From: Pelomyxa schiedti
Taxonomy: Eukaryota > Protista > Evosea
NCBI GenBank assembly: GCA_020536535.1
Contig: JAHLWZ010000301.1
Span: 1 to 64,000, forward strand
Length of the DNA: 64,000 nt
Direction of reading: 5' to 3'
Shown here: in pieces, positions 41,828-54,270 of the stretch
Layout: each line of letters opens with the position of its first letter
How positions within the stretch are numbered: position 1 is the first letter of the stretch
Notes under the pieces: generated by a model
What the model saw: only the letters and a program-made list of their open reading frames with translations
The model's database searches: none
Told to the model about the DNA's origin: nothing
Translations under genes and position numbers: made by a program

Positions 41828-44800
41828 ATGGCGTCGTATAACGCTGTTGTCGTGTGCGCTTTGTTGTGTTGCTTTCTTTGTTACTCTGGTGCGAAACAGA
41901 CGTCGAATCTCGACCAAGATCCCACGCCGGTGGTGCTTGTAAACAACAGAGTGAGAATAGAGTGTGACACTTCCACTACCATTTCCTCGGACGACATCGC
42001 TGGCATGCTGGTGGGAGTTCCCCTTAACGACACGAGTCAGCTAGGTGTGACTTTCGCAGTGGAGAATATGGTTGGTGGATATTTCTCACTCTGGGTGGAG
42101 GATTCGTATGTGAATGTCACATCCTTCACGCAAGGGGACATTGTTGCCGGCAATGTTCTATTTACCCAAAACGACCTCGACCTGCCCCCTGCTTTTGCAA
42201 TTAGGGTGGGGTGCCAGGATTGTGACAACAATGCTGCCTACACGGCGCCAATTGCACAGTGGTGTTTGGTAGCCATGCAATGTGAATCCGTCGTCTCTGG
42301 AAACCTGCACTACATCGATAGCGCTTATGGCTACTCATTGTATGGAAGCTGCGCCACGGTTTATCTAGATGATACACTTCTAATTGCCTACGAATATCAG
42401 CTGCAAAATAACAGCTGGGCATATTGGAGACTACTAGATACTGCCACAGGAGCACCTATATCTCCGCTTGTTCCGGTCGCTTTGGCTGTAAATAAACACT
42501 GTGTGACTGTGGCTGGTCTGCCCAATGACACTTTTGCTGTTACATGGCTGCAGAAGGCTGGGGGACTAACCCAGGACACACTTGAGGATAACTGGCTAGT
42601 TTATTCTCAAGTACCACGTCTCGACGATGGAGAAATGCTTGCCGTCAAGATAAGTAGTGCCCCTGCAGATAGCCAGCATGCAACCGTCCTGTACGGAGAT
42701 ATTAATGACCAGGGCCAGACCTATGGTGTTGCTATTGTCTGGACAGATGTGGGCACAATGCAGATTCACATTCGTAGCATATCCGTTTCAACTGGGTTTA
42801 CACTCACTGATGAAGAGATATTACCTACTGGAATAGAACCTAATACACAAGCAGTATTACGTACTAGTGTTGCATCCCTACCAGGAGCGTTTGTGGTTGT
42901 TTACATTCAAGATGAGAAAAACGTGATGGCTATTATTTGTTACAGTGAAAACTTGACACTTTGCGGTACCCCGTTACTTGTATCTGATAATTGGGCTTGT
43001 GTCAATGGATTTGATATCACCGAATGCCCATACCAACCACATGTTAGCGCCTTACAATGTCAAGAAGAACCTGCTTATGGATTTGTTGTCTCATGGCAGA
43101 GTCTGGAGAATGTCTACGTGCGCACTTACAGCTATACTTATGGGAGTTTCAGTGCTTATCCTACAAGCGATCCTCTAAGAGTTAATTCTCAGACTTGGTG
43201 CCCTGCAGTGGACAGTGAGGATACCCCAAAGGTTTCAATGGCTGGGTGTGACTTCTTTGTGGTAACATACTCAGCACACTATTGTGGTGGCGTGCCTGGT
43301 GGATCTGTACTGATGACTAACCTTCTCGGGCAATTATTTAATATCGGAACTGGGGTGAAATGGAGAAATGAATTTATAATATGGGGAAGCTCAGAAAGGG
43401 GATATCCTGGCGCTATGGCTGAAAATAGTTTCACTATATTTTGGACCAGTATTGTGGATGGAACATATTACGTGCTTCTCAGAGAGTACACTATTGAAAC
43501 ACTGTGGTCTCCTGTAATTGTGAACAACGCCCTCAACATCTCCCAGGATGAGACATTCAATCTTACATCACTAAACCTGGCGGCAATAGATTTTGATTCT
43601 TCTAATGCCTCCCTGAGATTTAATATCACTTCCGTCGTGAATGGGGAATTTCTTATCAACACTCGTCAAGTAACGACATTTGAACAAAGTCAAATAAACA
43701 ACGTAGTGTTCAAGCACACTGGAGGCTCCAATGCTCCTAAGTACAGTATCTCCGTTACTGACGGTCAAACAATGACTCCACCTATACCTTGTACAGTCAC
43801 ATTCACCAAGAAACGCCCGAATGTAATACTCTGGAGTGTAATTTGTTCTGTTTCTTTAATTATTGCTGCCGTTGGCGTTTCAATATTACTTGTGAGGCAA
43901 CACAAGAAGAGAAAGAGTCACACATCGAATCACAGAGAACTATCTGAGGAAGACCTCCTGAAAGTGTCTTACCCTTGTCCACCTGCTCTGCTTGACATTT
44001 CCCATGAAGACACTCTGGCTTATAACACGCGCAAGGACTATCTCGAAGGTACTTAAATCATCAATCCCTCCCTGAGAAATAATTTGGTAGGAAGTTCGTT
44101 TTCAAAGGATCAACTGGGAATCTTCCGTGCTTTCATCATTCCTCTTTCCTGTCTCCCAAAGCAGGGTTTCCAATGCAATCTTTCGGTTGGAACCTTTCTG
44201 TCCGAACAGTTTTCCAGCTGCACGTTTTTTGTGGGGGTCACTGTAGTCTGCCTTGAAATGGGTTTGCCTTTATAGAGATTGTAATTTTATAAGGAACTGA
44301 AGGTTTAATGACACACAAGGATGGAATTACTGTCACTGTGATACCCATAACAGGAAAGGCTCGAATCATGTAAGACACCAAGTTGTGAATTATTCCTACA
44401 TTAAATGCCATTCCTACTTAGTAACTTCCACCTTCCCGATGGAAAAGGGGATGGTGTTGTCCTGTCTGTCCCAGAATCTGGTTGTGCTTACCTATTTTCA
44501 GAAAGCACAGTTATTTCCATAGCTCGTCTTTCACAAGCTCTGGAAATTGCAGTTGCTTCTCAAGATGTTTCATCACACTTGCACGCACTGGTGACGGATT
44601 TAATTGACAAAGACTGCATGATACCATCAGATGCTATTACCTGCAACTTTCAAGTTAAAATTTTTTACTCAAGTATATTCTATTTGAAATTACAGCAGAG
44701 TGTTGCAGGTTGCCCGTGGTGGATTTGGTGAGGTCTGGAAAGGAACCCTCGGAGCCAAAGCAGTTGCACTTAAAAAGTATCTTTGACTGTTATATCCCTT

Positions 44801-45761
44801 TTTTTAAAAGGAAAACCAAAACAAAACAGACTGCGTGAAGAAAAGATAATTGAAGCCGAACTGCGTATTGAATTTGTTCGGGAGATGATGCTTTTACACG
44901 AACTACGAGGCACTCCCTATGTGTTGGACTTCCTGGGTCTTCATGTTAAATCAGGCGAACTATGTAAGCCCAAATTTTTGAGTTTGAAACCGTTTAATAT
45001 AATAATAACAAAGGGATGGTGACTGAGTGGTGCTCTCAGGGAGGACTAGAATGCATTATTTTTTCTGAAAGTTATATGGAGGAATTCTCTGCCGACTCCA
45101 AGAGACTTCTGATGCGGAATGTAATTTCCTTTCCCCCTTTTCCTTTTGCCCCAACTTGTTCATTGAGATATGCCTGGGAATGCAAGCAATACATGAAAAG
45201 AAAATTATACATCGCGATCTTAAACCAGAAAGTTGTCCACCCCAATCTAGCACACATCTCTCACCGTATCATTTTTCCAGATGTACTCGTTGTCAATAAA
45301 GCAACGTGGGACATTCGCATAGCCGATCTGGGTCTGGCCCGCATCTCTCTCACACCAGGGGAGTCTCTGACCAGAGGAGTTGAGGGCTCCTCATGGTATT
45401 CCGCACCCGAACTGTTCACTGGGCACCATGATTTCCTGGTTGATGTTTTCTCATGGGGAATCATGGCCTGGGAAATCATGTGTGGGCTACGGCTTGCTGA
45501 CGAAATCTCTCGAGAATACCGAATGCACCCTTACATGTGGAAAGTACAATTGCAGTATGCCATTTCCCTCCCATCCCCGATCCCCTTAACCCTGTCAACA
45601 ACTAAATCACATCCCCATGATCAAGGGAAATTGTGCACATGGATGACACCTGGCCAAGTACCTTGTGTCACCTCATGCGGCGCTGCTGGGCCATCGAGAA
45701 AGTATCTGACAGGCCTTCTTTCACCGAGTGGGCCGAGTTCCTGAGCAAACCGTGGCTCTAG
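41828..45761 (+). CDS. Single-pass receptor kinase (TKL-type) with cadherin-like/CSPG repeats in the ectodomain
   Basis: Signal peptide MASYNAVVVCALLCC; repeats FTQGDIVAGNVLF and PVIVNNALNI...FEQSQINNVVFKHTGG..PKYSISVTDG; TM VILWSVICSVSLIIAAVGVSILLV; kinase motifs RGGFGEVW, VALKK, HRDLKPEN, DLG, APE and DVFSWG. Confidence 0.88.
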
Positions 45762-45926
45762 AGCCTCCTTCTGAATCACCACACATGTATTTATAAAGAA
45801 TGAATCGAATTTTAAGGAAATAATCGGTTTTCGCCGATTTTGATTCTATCCCCGAGAAAAGGTTTTCTTTTTTTGGCAACGCAGTGGTCTATACGTGAAA
45901 TCTGCGAGTAAAAGTTGTGCCCAACC

Positions 45927-47171
45927 ATGCAGCCTGCGTCAGCCACAGACACGGTCGTACCGCTTGGGCGGGGATCCAAGTCTGTAGTGGCACGGGAGCC
46001 GCTGCAGGTGCGGGCCTGCGAGCAAGCCCACACGCAGGGGCGGGGCGCCAGGGACCAGTTCGCCGCGCTGCTGGCCGCGTCGCACCCCCGCTGCGGGGCA
46101 GGGAGCCCCGCGAGGCTGCTGGCCGAGCAGCAGCCCGCGACCCTGCGCCTGCTGTGGAAGTCGTATGCCTCGCGGGCCCAGCGCTTCGTGGTGGAAGTGG
46201 CGACGGCGGGCCGGGGGGCCGTGCCGTCCTGCGTGACGTTCGGGGTCTCGCGGCTGACGCTGGGCTCCACGTCGCCGGCGGCCCCTGTCGCCTGGTCGGC
46301 CGACCGCATATTATGGGTCGGGCCGGCCGCGTGCATAGAGGAGAAGCAGCACTCGTGGTACTGTGATTACACTCTCTGCGACTACGAGACTGGCCAAAGT
46401 ACAGTTTTGATCAAAGACCTGCTGCATACAACTGAGCACTTTGAGTGCAATTCAAGGTGGTTTGTGATGTGCACTGTACCGGAAATGACCATTATAAATT
46501 TTGCAGATAACACAGCAGTCACTGCTAGGGTCGCAGTGCCTAATGGGGTGCTCAGCGTTTCGTATTTCTTTTTCTGCAAATGTAAATGTGGGAGAACGGA
46601 TCAGGCTGTACTTTGCTACAATTCTGATGGCAGGACCACTTTACTGGTGGTCGACATTCCTCGTACATTTACGTCCTCTACCCTCGCAGTTGTGGAGTCG
46701 GTCAGATGCGGAATTTCATTCACTATCTATGGCGGATTATGTCTAAGAAAGAGCACCGGCGCCAGTGCTTTCATTTTTCAGTCAATTGATCTCTCTGCGG
46801 AAAATGCACTGCTCTCTCAATCTACTCTGGAGGTGACCCCCATCGGAGCTGTGCTTGAAATAGCTTCGGGAAGGGACTGTCTCTCACAGCTGAGTGATTC
46901 CTTGTTTTGCCTCTCCAACCGCAAGCATGCTTCATCCTATGAAATATGGGACTGCAACGACACCCACAAGCCTCTACTCGTCGTTGAGACAAATGGCCGA
47001 TGCCAAGCCATAGCCTCTTATGGATTCATTTTCAACTTGTCCTCTTCCAGTGACAATTCCCATACAATGACTGTGACTGAGTTCTCTTCCGGCATTGCTG
47101 TTATGACATTCCATTTCTCTTCAGCACTTGTTGGGGTCGGCATTGAGAACGTCATCTCCTTTTATGACTGA
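45927..47171 (+). CDS. Lineage-specific family protein (ARDQF..HPRCG..SPAR N-terminal motif, beta-rich C-terminus), intronless
   Basis: Long uninterrupted ORF; the N-terminal motif is recalled from an expanded Pelomyxa-type family; contains YEIWDCND. Confidence 0.75.
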   Translation: MQPASATDTVVPLGRGSKSVVAREPLQVRACEQAHTQGRGARDQFAALLAASHPRCGAGSPARLLAEQQPATLRLLWKSYASRAQRFVVEVATAGRGAVPSCVTFGVSRLTLGSTSPAAPVAWSADRILWVGPAACIEEKQHSWYCDYTLCDYETGQSTVLIKDLLHTTEHFECNSRWFVMCTVPEMTIINFADNTAVTARVAVPNGVLSVSYFFFCKCKCGRTDQAVLCYNSDGRTTLLVVDIPRTFTSSTLAVVESVRCGISFTIYGGLCLRKSTGASAFIFQSIDLSAENALLSQSTLEVTPIGAVLEIASGRDCLSQLSDSLFCLSNRKHASSYEIWDCNDTHKPLLVVETNGRCQAIASYGFIFNLSSSSDNSHTMTVTEFSSGIAVMTFHFSSALVGVGIENVISFYD

Positions 47172-47215
47172 CATAGCAGCTCCATTTGTTGTTACTCTTT
47201 GCAAAACAAAAAATT

Positions 47216-48387
47216 TTATTCCTCTTTTTTCGTTGGTGGATGTTGGCAAAGTTGTTTGGGTTTATGGCAAGCACGCACAAAGTGAGGAAAATCCCGTAGA
47301 AGTGCAAATACAACAACGAGGAACAAAATTGTATGTACAAGCAGGAGTGGGATTTTGGATTGAGGGATAGGGGAGTTTGGTTGTTGATGCTCAAGAGTTG
47401 TGGCAATTTCGACAAGTTGTGAAAGATTTGGAATTTTACTGCCGTCACTGGGTCGCTATTTTGAATTTGATAGTTAGGGACAACTCAAAAGTGTAAAAAA
47501 AAAACTCACTGCCAATTGGGAAAGACTGTGCTCATCGTCAAGGATAAAAAGATGAACTTTGGAGAAAATGATGTGCTTCACGCCTTCACATTCTGTATCT
47601 ACAGCCTTTGGAGTGTCTTTTTGCATTAACATGTTTAAAAAGTATATTTGGGAGGAACACCATTTGGAAGTAATGCAGTTTTCGCCAAAGCAAATACAGC
47701 CTCCTTTGCAACAAGCTGTGGGATTGTTTGGTTCAAATTGTATTTTGGAATTGACAAACATGATCTCTTGCTCCATATACAACGATGCCAGGGTATGCCT
47801 TTGGAATCCATGATCTGTGGGGAAAAATCACACTCATTGCAGGAGATAGGATAACATAAGGACCCTTCCAAAGTCCTGCACGAATGTGGTGTAAACAAAT
47901 ACTGTATTTGTGTGTAGTGGTGCCTACCTCTTTGTATGAGAATTTGAAGGACAATTGCCCCAAAGGAAGAGCCTTACAAAAGAAATTAATTCCAAAAGCA
48001 GAAAGTGTCCACTCACCCACTATGACTTCAGGTTGAAAACTGCGAATGGCAGCTAATTGCATTTTAATGCACTTAAACAACCTTATAATGCATAAGACAA
48101 ATGCATTCAGTTTTTGTTTGCTTTGGCAAAGCCCAAGGTTTGTACCTTGGAGTAGGCATGTCAATAGCATGAAACTGAGGGAAATTGGCACGAAGGTGCT
48201 GGCACTTCCATCCTTGCGTCGATCCTTGGGAAAAAAGTCAAAAAAAAAAAAGAAAAAAAGTACCAAAAGGGGTCTAGTAGCGCCACCTCCAACGAGGTGG
48301 CGTTACCATCTCTCAGGTAATAATACCTTCCAATCCGTGAATGTAAAGCACACGCACATTTTTGTTGGCAGTGGTCGGTGATGACAT
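47216..48387 (-). CDS. Small alpha/beta hydrolase (YqiA/UPF0227-like)
   Basis: VLYIHGLEG, PEVIVGSSFGA nucleophile elbow, VILSPA, YGARD and DEHSL across exons. Confidence 0.7.
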
Positions 48388-48462
48388 TTGACGCCGAACT
48401 TTGGAACTTTTTTCAAATTCGAAAGAGAAAACAAAACAAAAAGAAAGGAAGCGAAGTTGCAA

Positions 48463-49230
48463 ATGCACCGAAAACCAGGGGATTGGGTGTGCGCTTGTGG
48501 TGTGTGCTAAAAACTTCCCCGTAGTGTGCCTAATGGTTGGTACAAAGGCGAACTCAATTTTGCGTCGCGGTCCGCGTGCAGGCGATGCCAGACGCAAAAG
48601 AGCTTTTCCGCGTCGTCATCGGTGACACCGAAGCCTGGGCCAGTGAAGCCTGGCGACTGGAAGTGCTCTTGCTCTGAAATCAATTTTGTGAAGCTTCCCC
48701 CACTCATCGACGTACTGTCCTAACACCGTACTCACCCCCCCAGGCATCGAGGACCGTCTGTAGATTTTGCTTCAAACCTAGTGCGCCTTTCCATCCCCCA
48801 ATATCTGCCGCTTCTCTTTCTCACTTCATCCTAAAGAGCCATCTGACGTACAGTCCTCAGTCGCCGCGTCATCGACGGCGGCATCACCGCCCACTGCCAT
48901 CGTCCACAAGCCAGGCGACTGGGATTGTCCTTCGTGCAATGACCACAACTTCGCCGTGAGGGCCGTTTGCAGGTATCATATAATGAATGCATCACCAAAG
49001 CAAGCTTAACCCAACAAAAAAACAACAGGAGGTGCGGGAACCAGCGGCCGCCGCTTCAGACCGACCAGGCCAGTGGTGACTGCGTGGTGTGCTTTGGCAA
49101 GGCGGATACAGTCATTGTGGTCTGTGGCCACCTGGGACTGTGCCAGGGCTGTGCCAATCTGCTCCACGAGTGCCCAGTCTGTAGGGCGCCTTATACCGCA
49201 GAGCAGATTGTGAAAGTGTACAGGCCTTGA
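48463..49230 (+). CDS. Three RanBP2-type zinc fingers + C-terminal C3HC4 RING
   Basis: KPGDWVCACGELNFASRSACRRC, KPGDWKCSCSEINFASRTVCRFC, KPGDWDCPSCNDHNFAVRAVCRRC; RING CVVC...CGHLGLCQGC...CPVCR. Confidence 0.9.
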
Positions 49231-49465
49231 TGGTTGGATGTGAGAGCAAATCACAAATGTACCGTACATTTTTCCAATGGTTTGATACTCATCTTTTTGT
49301 TAGGGGTTGGGTTGGGTTGGGTTGGGTTGGGTGGGATGGGGGGTTTATGTTACGTTGTTTATCAAAACAAACATTTAATGGTGGGCTTTGTTTCAACACT
49401 TTTTAAAAATTTTTTTAGATTTCTTTGTCCATGCTGAATGTGGGAGCATTTTTAGAAGATTTTTC

Positions 49466-50072
49466 TCACATGCCTGCCTTCAGTTTCTTGAGAACCGCAT
49501 AGTGCTTCTCTTGGTCAATCACTAGAAAGAGGTTAGCACCCCAAGCAACAGTGTTGATTCAGGGAACGAGCGAGACATACTAATGTGGCGTATCTTGTCA
49601 TCAACGCATTCCCATGTGGTAGGGAGCTCCTCTGTTGCTTCCCACACCTTGTTCCTTATTGCGCGATACCCCTCAATTGAATCTACAAGTCTGATTAGCA
49701 AAGGATATAGACTATGGCAACCAAACGTTGCTCCCAGTTCAGAAACTTGTCTAGGATTTGCCCTACGTTCCCTGGTGAAGGTGGTGCCGCCGGCGTCCTC
49801 GTTCTTGTTGAAGGCACGCTCTCAAAGCCAACCGAGATCATTTTCGTTAGGCAACCAACATGACAAGCCTCTTCATTAGCAAAGCACTAAACAGTTCTGT
49901 GAGTTGGTTGGCGAGATACTGACTGTAATCTTACCTCAAAGGTACATGCCAATGGAGCATCAGTTGGCCCGCGTAGAACAGCAAGGCACGTTGTATATTC
50001 AATCACAGCTGCCCGTTCATCTTCAAGGGCTGTGTTCAACAAATCAAGGATCTCCTGTTTCTTTGACATCAT
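49466..50072 (-). CDS. Bacterioferritin/ferritin-like four-helix protein, prokaryotic type, 3 introns
   Basis: EILDLLNTALEDERAAVIEY, FANEEACH, WEQHSIEGY and HIMIDQEKH give the ferritin-like E/ExxH pattern after in-frame splicing. Confidence 0.8.
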
Positions 50073-50226
50073 TTTTTTTTCTTGCAAGCTCAGATTTTTT
50101 TTCCTTTATGGAGAATACGTTCATCGTGTTTTTAAACCCTCCCGCGCAGGGCATTGCCGTCATTAAAGACACACGGCAACCCAAAAGACTCTTAAATTTG
50201 AGCAAAAAGTTACATTTTATTGTTTG

Positions 50227-53200
50227 TTATTTCAGGGTGTGGACTTGCTTGGGTGGGAAAATCCATGTGATGCCTCGAGGAACAGTTTTTCTTGGAGTAT
50301 TAGTGAGTGCTGGAAGGTGTGGGTTACAAATCGAGTCATACCTCTATCATCATAAAGCTTGATCAGTTCTGTGAGCCTATCTTCTTCAGCAATCAGTTTG
50401 TCTTTAAGTTGTGTTGCATGGAACAAATCTTCTAGTGTGGCATCAGAAAGTGCTCCTATCTGCAACCACAGAGAAACGTGAGAAGCGGGTTGGACATGTG
50501 GGGGAATACCGTTTTGTTGAGCTCAACCCAGAGGTTGTTTTGCATTGGAAGAAGGAAGAAATTGTAGAATTTGATAATGGTGTTTGAAGAAATCCGTTCC
50601 TTGATGTGCTCAAAGAGCTCTGTAGAAAGGGTGTACACTTCTTCCGGAGATGCTAGGTTTTGTGTCCCCCTCAACTATACTTTAGCAGAAACTTAAAACT
50701 AGCTAAAGGGCACTCACTTGAACATGGTCAGTTCCAATAAAATGGTGCGGGTGTCATAAAATTCGTCCATACATTGCTGTTTGCATGTAGTGGCAAACGA
50801 TTCTATCACTTTGTGGCAGAGATCTTTAACGTAATGCACGTAAAAGGGGAAGTTTGTCGTATTGAAAACGTTCGAGCTTTGGTAATATTATTTAGTACTG
50901 AAGGGCAAGATATAGGAATTGAAACCTGTTGGGTGTCGGTGTGTGCGGAAGTAATTCGTCTTCAGATACATCTGCAAGACGCTTAAGGATGTAAGAGGCC
51001 CGCTTAGCCATTTGTGTTATCAAGGGGATAAAAGCTTCTTCAGATTTTTGTTTTGCCAGCTCACAGGCCTGAAGCAGACAGTATTAATATATTATATTAA
51101 TATATTAGGAGACAGAAGAGACAGTGCCTACCGCCCAAGTAAAGTTGGGTACATCGAGAAGCTTGGGAATTCCTGCTGCTGTTACAACATCATCCCTTGT
51201 AATTTTAGGAAGGCTTGTATGCGCGGAGACTGCTCTAAATTCATCCAACAACCGTTCAAACTGTGATCCACCATATAGCTTATTTTGCCATTGTTTCACA
51301 CTCCACTCTTGTGGGTCGAAAACAATTGGCATTCCATTGTTATCAAACCATTGTCCATCCACTGGTACGTTTTAGACCGTGCATTTATTCAAGACAAGAT
51401 ACCTCCACATAGGGCTTTTTCTTGTTCAAGAGTTTGACCATGGATTTGAGGATGGCCTGTGGCACCAATCAGCATGGAGGAAATTCGCTGGGAAGTTTTT
51501 AAAATAAATTGAGTACATAAAAAAACCAGTGTACCTGCAGCATTGAAATTGCATATGTAGATGCAGTCATCCGCAACTTGCTTGCGTCCAAGTTCTCTAC
51601 TTCAATCTTGACCTGGGACAGTTGACTTTCTGTTTCTGTCTTGTGGGAAATCAAACTCTTCAAGAGAGTCGGAGCGCTTGTTTGAAAAACTTTGTTGATG
51701 TATGTACGGATATGCTTGATGAAGTGAGGAAGACCGATGAGAGGTTCGAATCTGAAACACAGTAAGCCACGATACATAACAGAAACAAACTTACTTTTTA
51801 TCATAGCTCAGTTGTTCGAGTTGACCCTCATCCCTTCGATATGAGAGGAATAGCTTGAGGTCAAAATCCTCAGATGTGCCGCATTTTTCTCGCATTAAGC
51901 GTGGCAATAATGATACGAAGTAGGTCTTCCAGGTAGCTGGAACTGACGCAAGGTACCGATTCACAGCCGTTCCAGTTTGAAACCTCTTGATTGATTTGAG
52001 AACACAAGAAAGGTTCTTACTAGATGGGAACCATGAGCTGCGGGAAGAAGCGCGTGTTCACTACTACAGTTCTGTCTAATTCTAGGTCCACCTTCTTAAT
52101 CAATTCAACACCATAATCCTCAAATGACAAGCATGGCCTCACAAATACAATCAAACGGTTTTTGGGGGTAATAAGCTAAGACCAACGAGTTATTAAAGGA
52201 AGAAAGAAAAAAAGAGGTAGTACCTGGTTTATCATGGATAGGACATATGGGAAAGAAGAGTCCTCGGGAAGTGGAATGCCGGGTGTGTCTATAAGAGTTG
52301 CATCAATCACACTGTGGTGCTCCCATTGAATGATAATTGGAAGATCGGAAGGCTGCAACTCTTTAGATTCAACAGAAAGGAGGAATTAGTACTTTATTTC
52401 GCTTTTCTATTTCATCGGCAAGGGATTCGATTGGTATTTCCAAGTCACTATCAAATTCGGGGAGGAAGAAATCCCTCTTGATTGTACAACGTACTGTATT
52501 GCAGGACTTGTTATTCACGAGATTGATGTGAACAGGTCGTTTTGTCCCTGCTGCACAGGAGTAAGGTGATGTAATGAAGGAGAGGCATGCCCTACTTGTT
52601 TTGTAAAAAGCCACTTGGCCAAGAATGGCTTCAATGAGAGAAGATTTCCCGTGACCTTTATGTCCCACAAACACAATTTCTGGCGCTGGCAATGATATAT
52701 TCAACCTATCAGACGGTGTTACTTACATTACAAATGGCGGTGTGATACTGTCTCGAGAATGTGCGAATAACGGAAAAGTTTTCAAAGAGTGACTCGGGGT
52801 CAGTGTGGCCAAGTTCAGAAGATGGTACGTCACTGGAAAGTATTTTCACTGAATCTAAGAATGAAGACTCTTCTTCATAGTCTTTCGTTTCCGCCTTAAG
52901 CAAATAAATAAAGAAAAAACGGGAAGAGATTCAAACCTCGAGAGTGACAGCAACTTTCATTAGGCCCCTCAACTCCTCTGTTGGAAGAGGCATATTTGGG
53001 TATGCCTCCTTCAATGCTTGAATCCTGGCTTCCTCTGCCAATCTTGCCGCCTCTGCATTAGCGGCAGCTTGAGCTTTCTTTCGTTCAATTTCCAAAGCAG
53101 CTGCTTCCGCGTCAGCCTTGGCTTTGGCTCTCGCCCTTTCCTCAGCCTCAAGAGCTTCCTTTGCAACTCTATCCCTTTCTGCCTGCTCTTGTGCCTTCGC

Positions 53201-54037
53201 CCGTGCCTCGTCCAATAGGGCTTGACGGGCGGCCAGTTCCTTTGCAGCTTGCTCTCTTGCAGCCTGGTCCCTCGCCGCCTTGTCGGCCTCTGCCTGCTCC
53301 TTCGCCGCCTGATCCGCCGCGGCCTGATCCGCCGCCGCCTTGTCTCTGGCCGCCTGATCCGCCGCGGCCTGATCCGCCGCCGCCTTGTCTCTGGCCGCCT
53401 GGTCGGCTGCGGCCTGGTCGGCTGCGGCCTGCTCAGCTGCGGCTTTGTCCCTCGCCGCCTGGTCGGCAGCCTCCTTGTCCCTCACTGCCTGTTCCGCCGC
53501 AGCCTGCTCCTTGGCTGCCTCCTCGGCCTTGGCGGCTTCGGCTTGCCTCGCGGCTTCCGCGGCGGCCTCGGCCTCTGCCTCTGCCTCTGCCTTGAGCTTG
53601 GCCGCCTCGTCCGCGCTCGCGTCGGGCGGCTGCTCCTTGCTCACCTCGTCCGCCGGCGGCTTGGCGGTGCCGTCGGCCGAGGCGGCAGCAGCAGCAGCAG
53701 AAGCCTCCGCGGCCGCGGCGGCCTCGGCGGCGGCCGCCTCCTCTTTCCTTTTCCTCTTCCTCTCGTCGCGCTCCGCCTTCTCCTGCTTCTGCTTGTCCAC
53801 CAGCGCGGCCACGCTCAGGGCGAGGGCCTGGGGGTCTTCGGCCGAGTCCGTGGCGCTCACCTCGGCCACCGACTCGGCGCGGCTGCGCCTGCTGGATCTC
53901 CCGGACGTGCTCCTCTGGCTGGGGATGTCGTCGGTGGTGGCCGCCTGTGGGGTCTCCAGCGGCGTCTCCGACGACCTGCGCGAGCTGTGGCGGCCACTCC
54001 TGTGTCGTCTTGTACTGCGGTCTTCCTCGTCACCCAT
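50227..54037 (-). CDS. Dynamin-related protein, DRP5A/ARC5/Dictyostelium Dlp-like, with long Ala-rich N-terminal extension
   Basis: PEIVFVGHKGHGKSSLIEA (G1), TKRP (G2), LIDTPG (G3) and KLYGGSQFERLLDEF. An in-frame intron links the Ala-rich exon to the GTPase exons. Confidence 0.85.
53270..53510 (-). repeat. Coding tandem repeat with 15-nt subunits (AAADQ/AARDK pentapeptides)
   Basis: Repeated gcctgatccgccgc.../gccttgtctctggcc units; protein reads AAADQAAADQAARDK repeatedly. Confidence 0.9.
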
Positions 54038-54270
54038 CCTTTGCGTATACGGTGTGTTTACCGGACGAGATCTACCCCCTGAAAGGTTATTTTTTTTCTT
54101 ATGTCTGTTAACTTCTCTTCCCGAAATTCTATGTTTCTTTCTGCTTTCCGAGATCTGTTGGCCAGCACAGGGGGTCCCGGCTACTGCCTTGGGTAAAGAA
54201 CTCGATAAAATACTTTTTGATTCTCTCTTCTTACTCGGGGCCTCAACGCCCAAGTTGGAAACAGCAAGCA

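Noticed and set aside
50154-50179. Hairpin upstream of the ferritin-like gene as an iron-responsive element
   Set aside because: Only a 7-bp stem, lacking the CAGUGN loop and bulged C.
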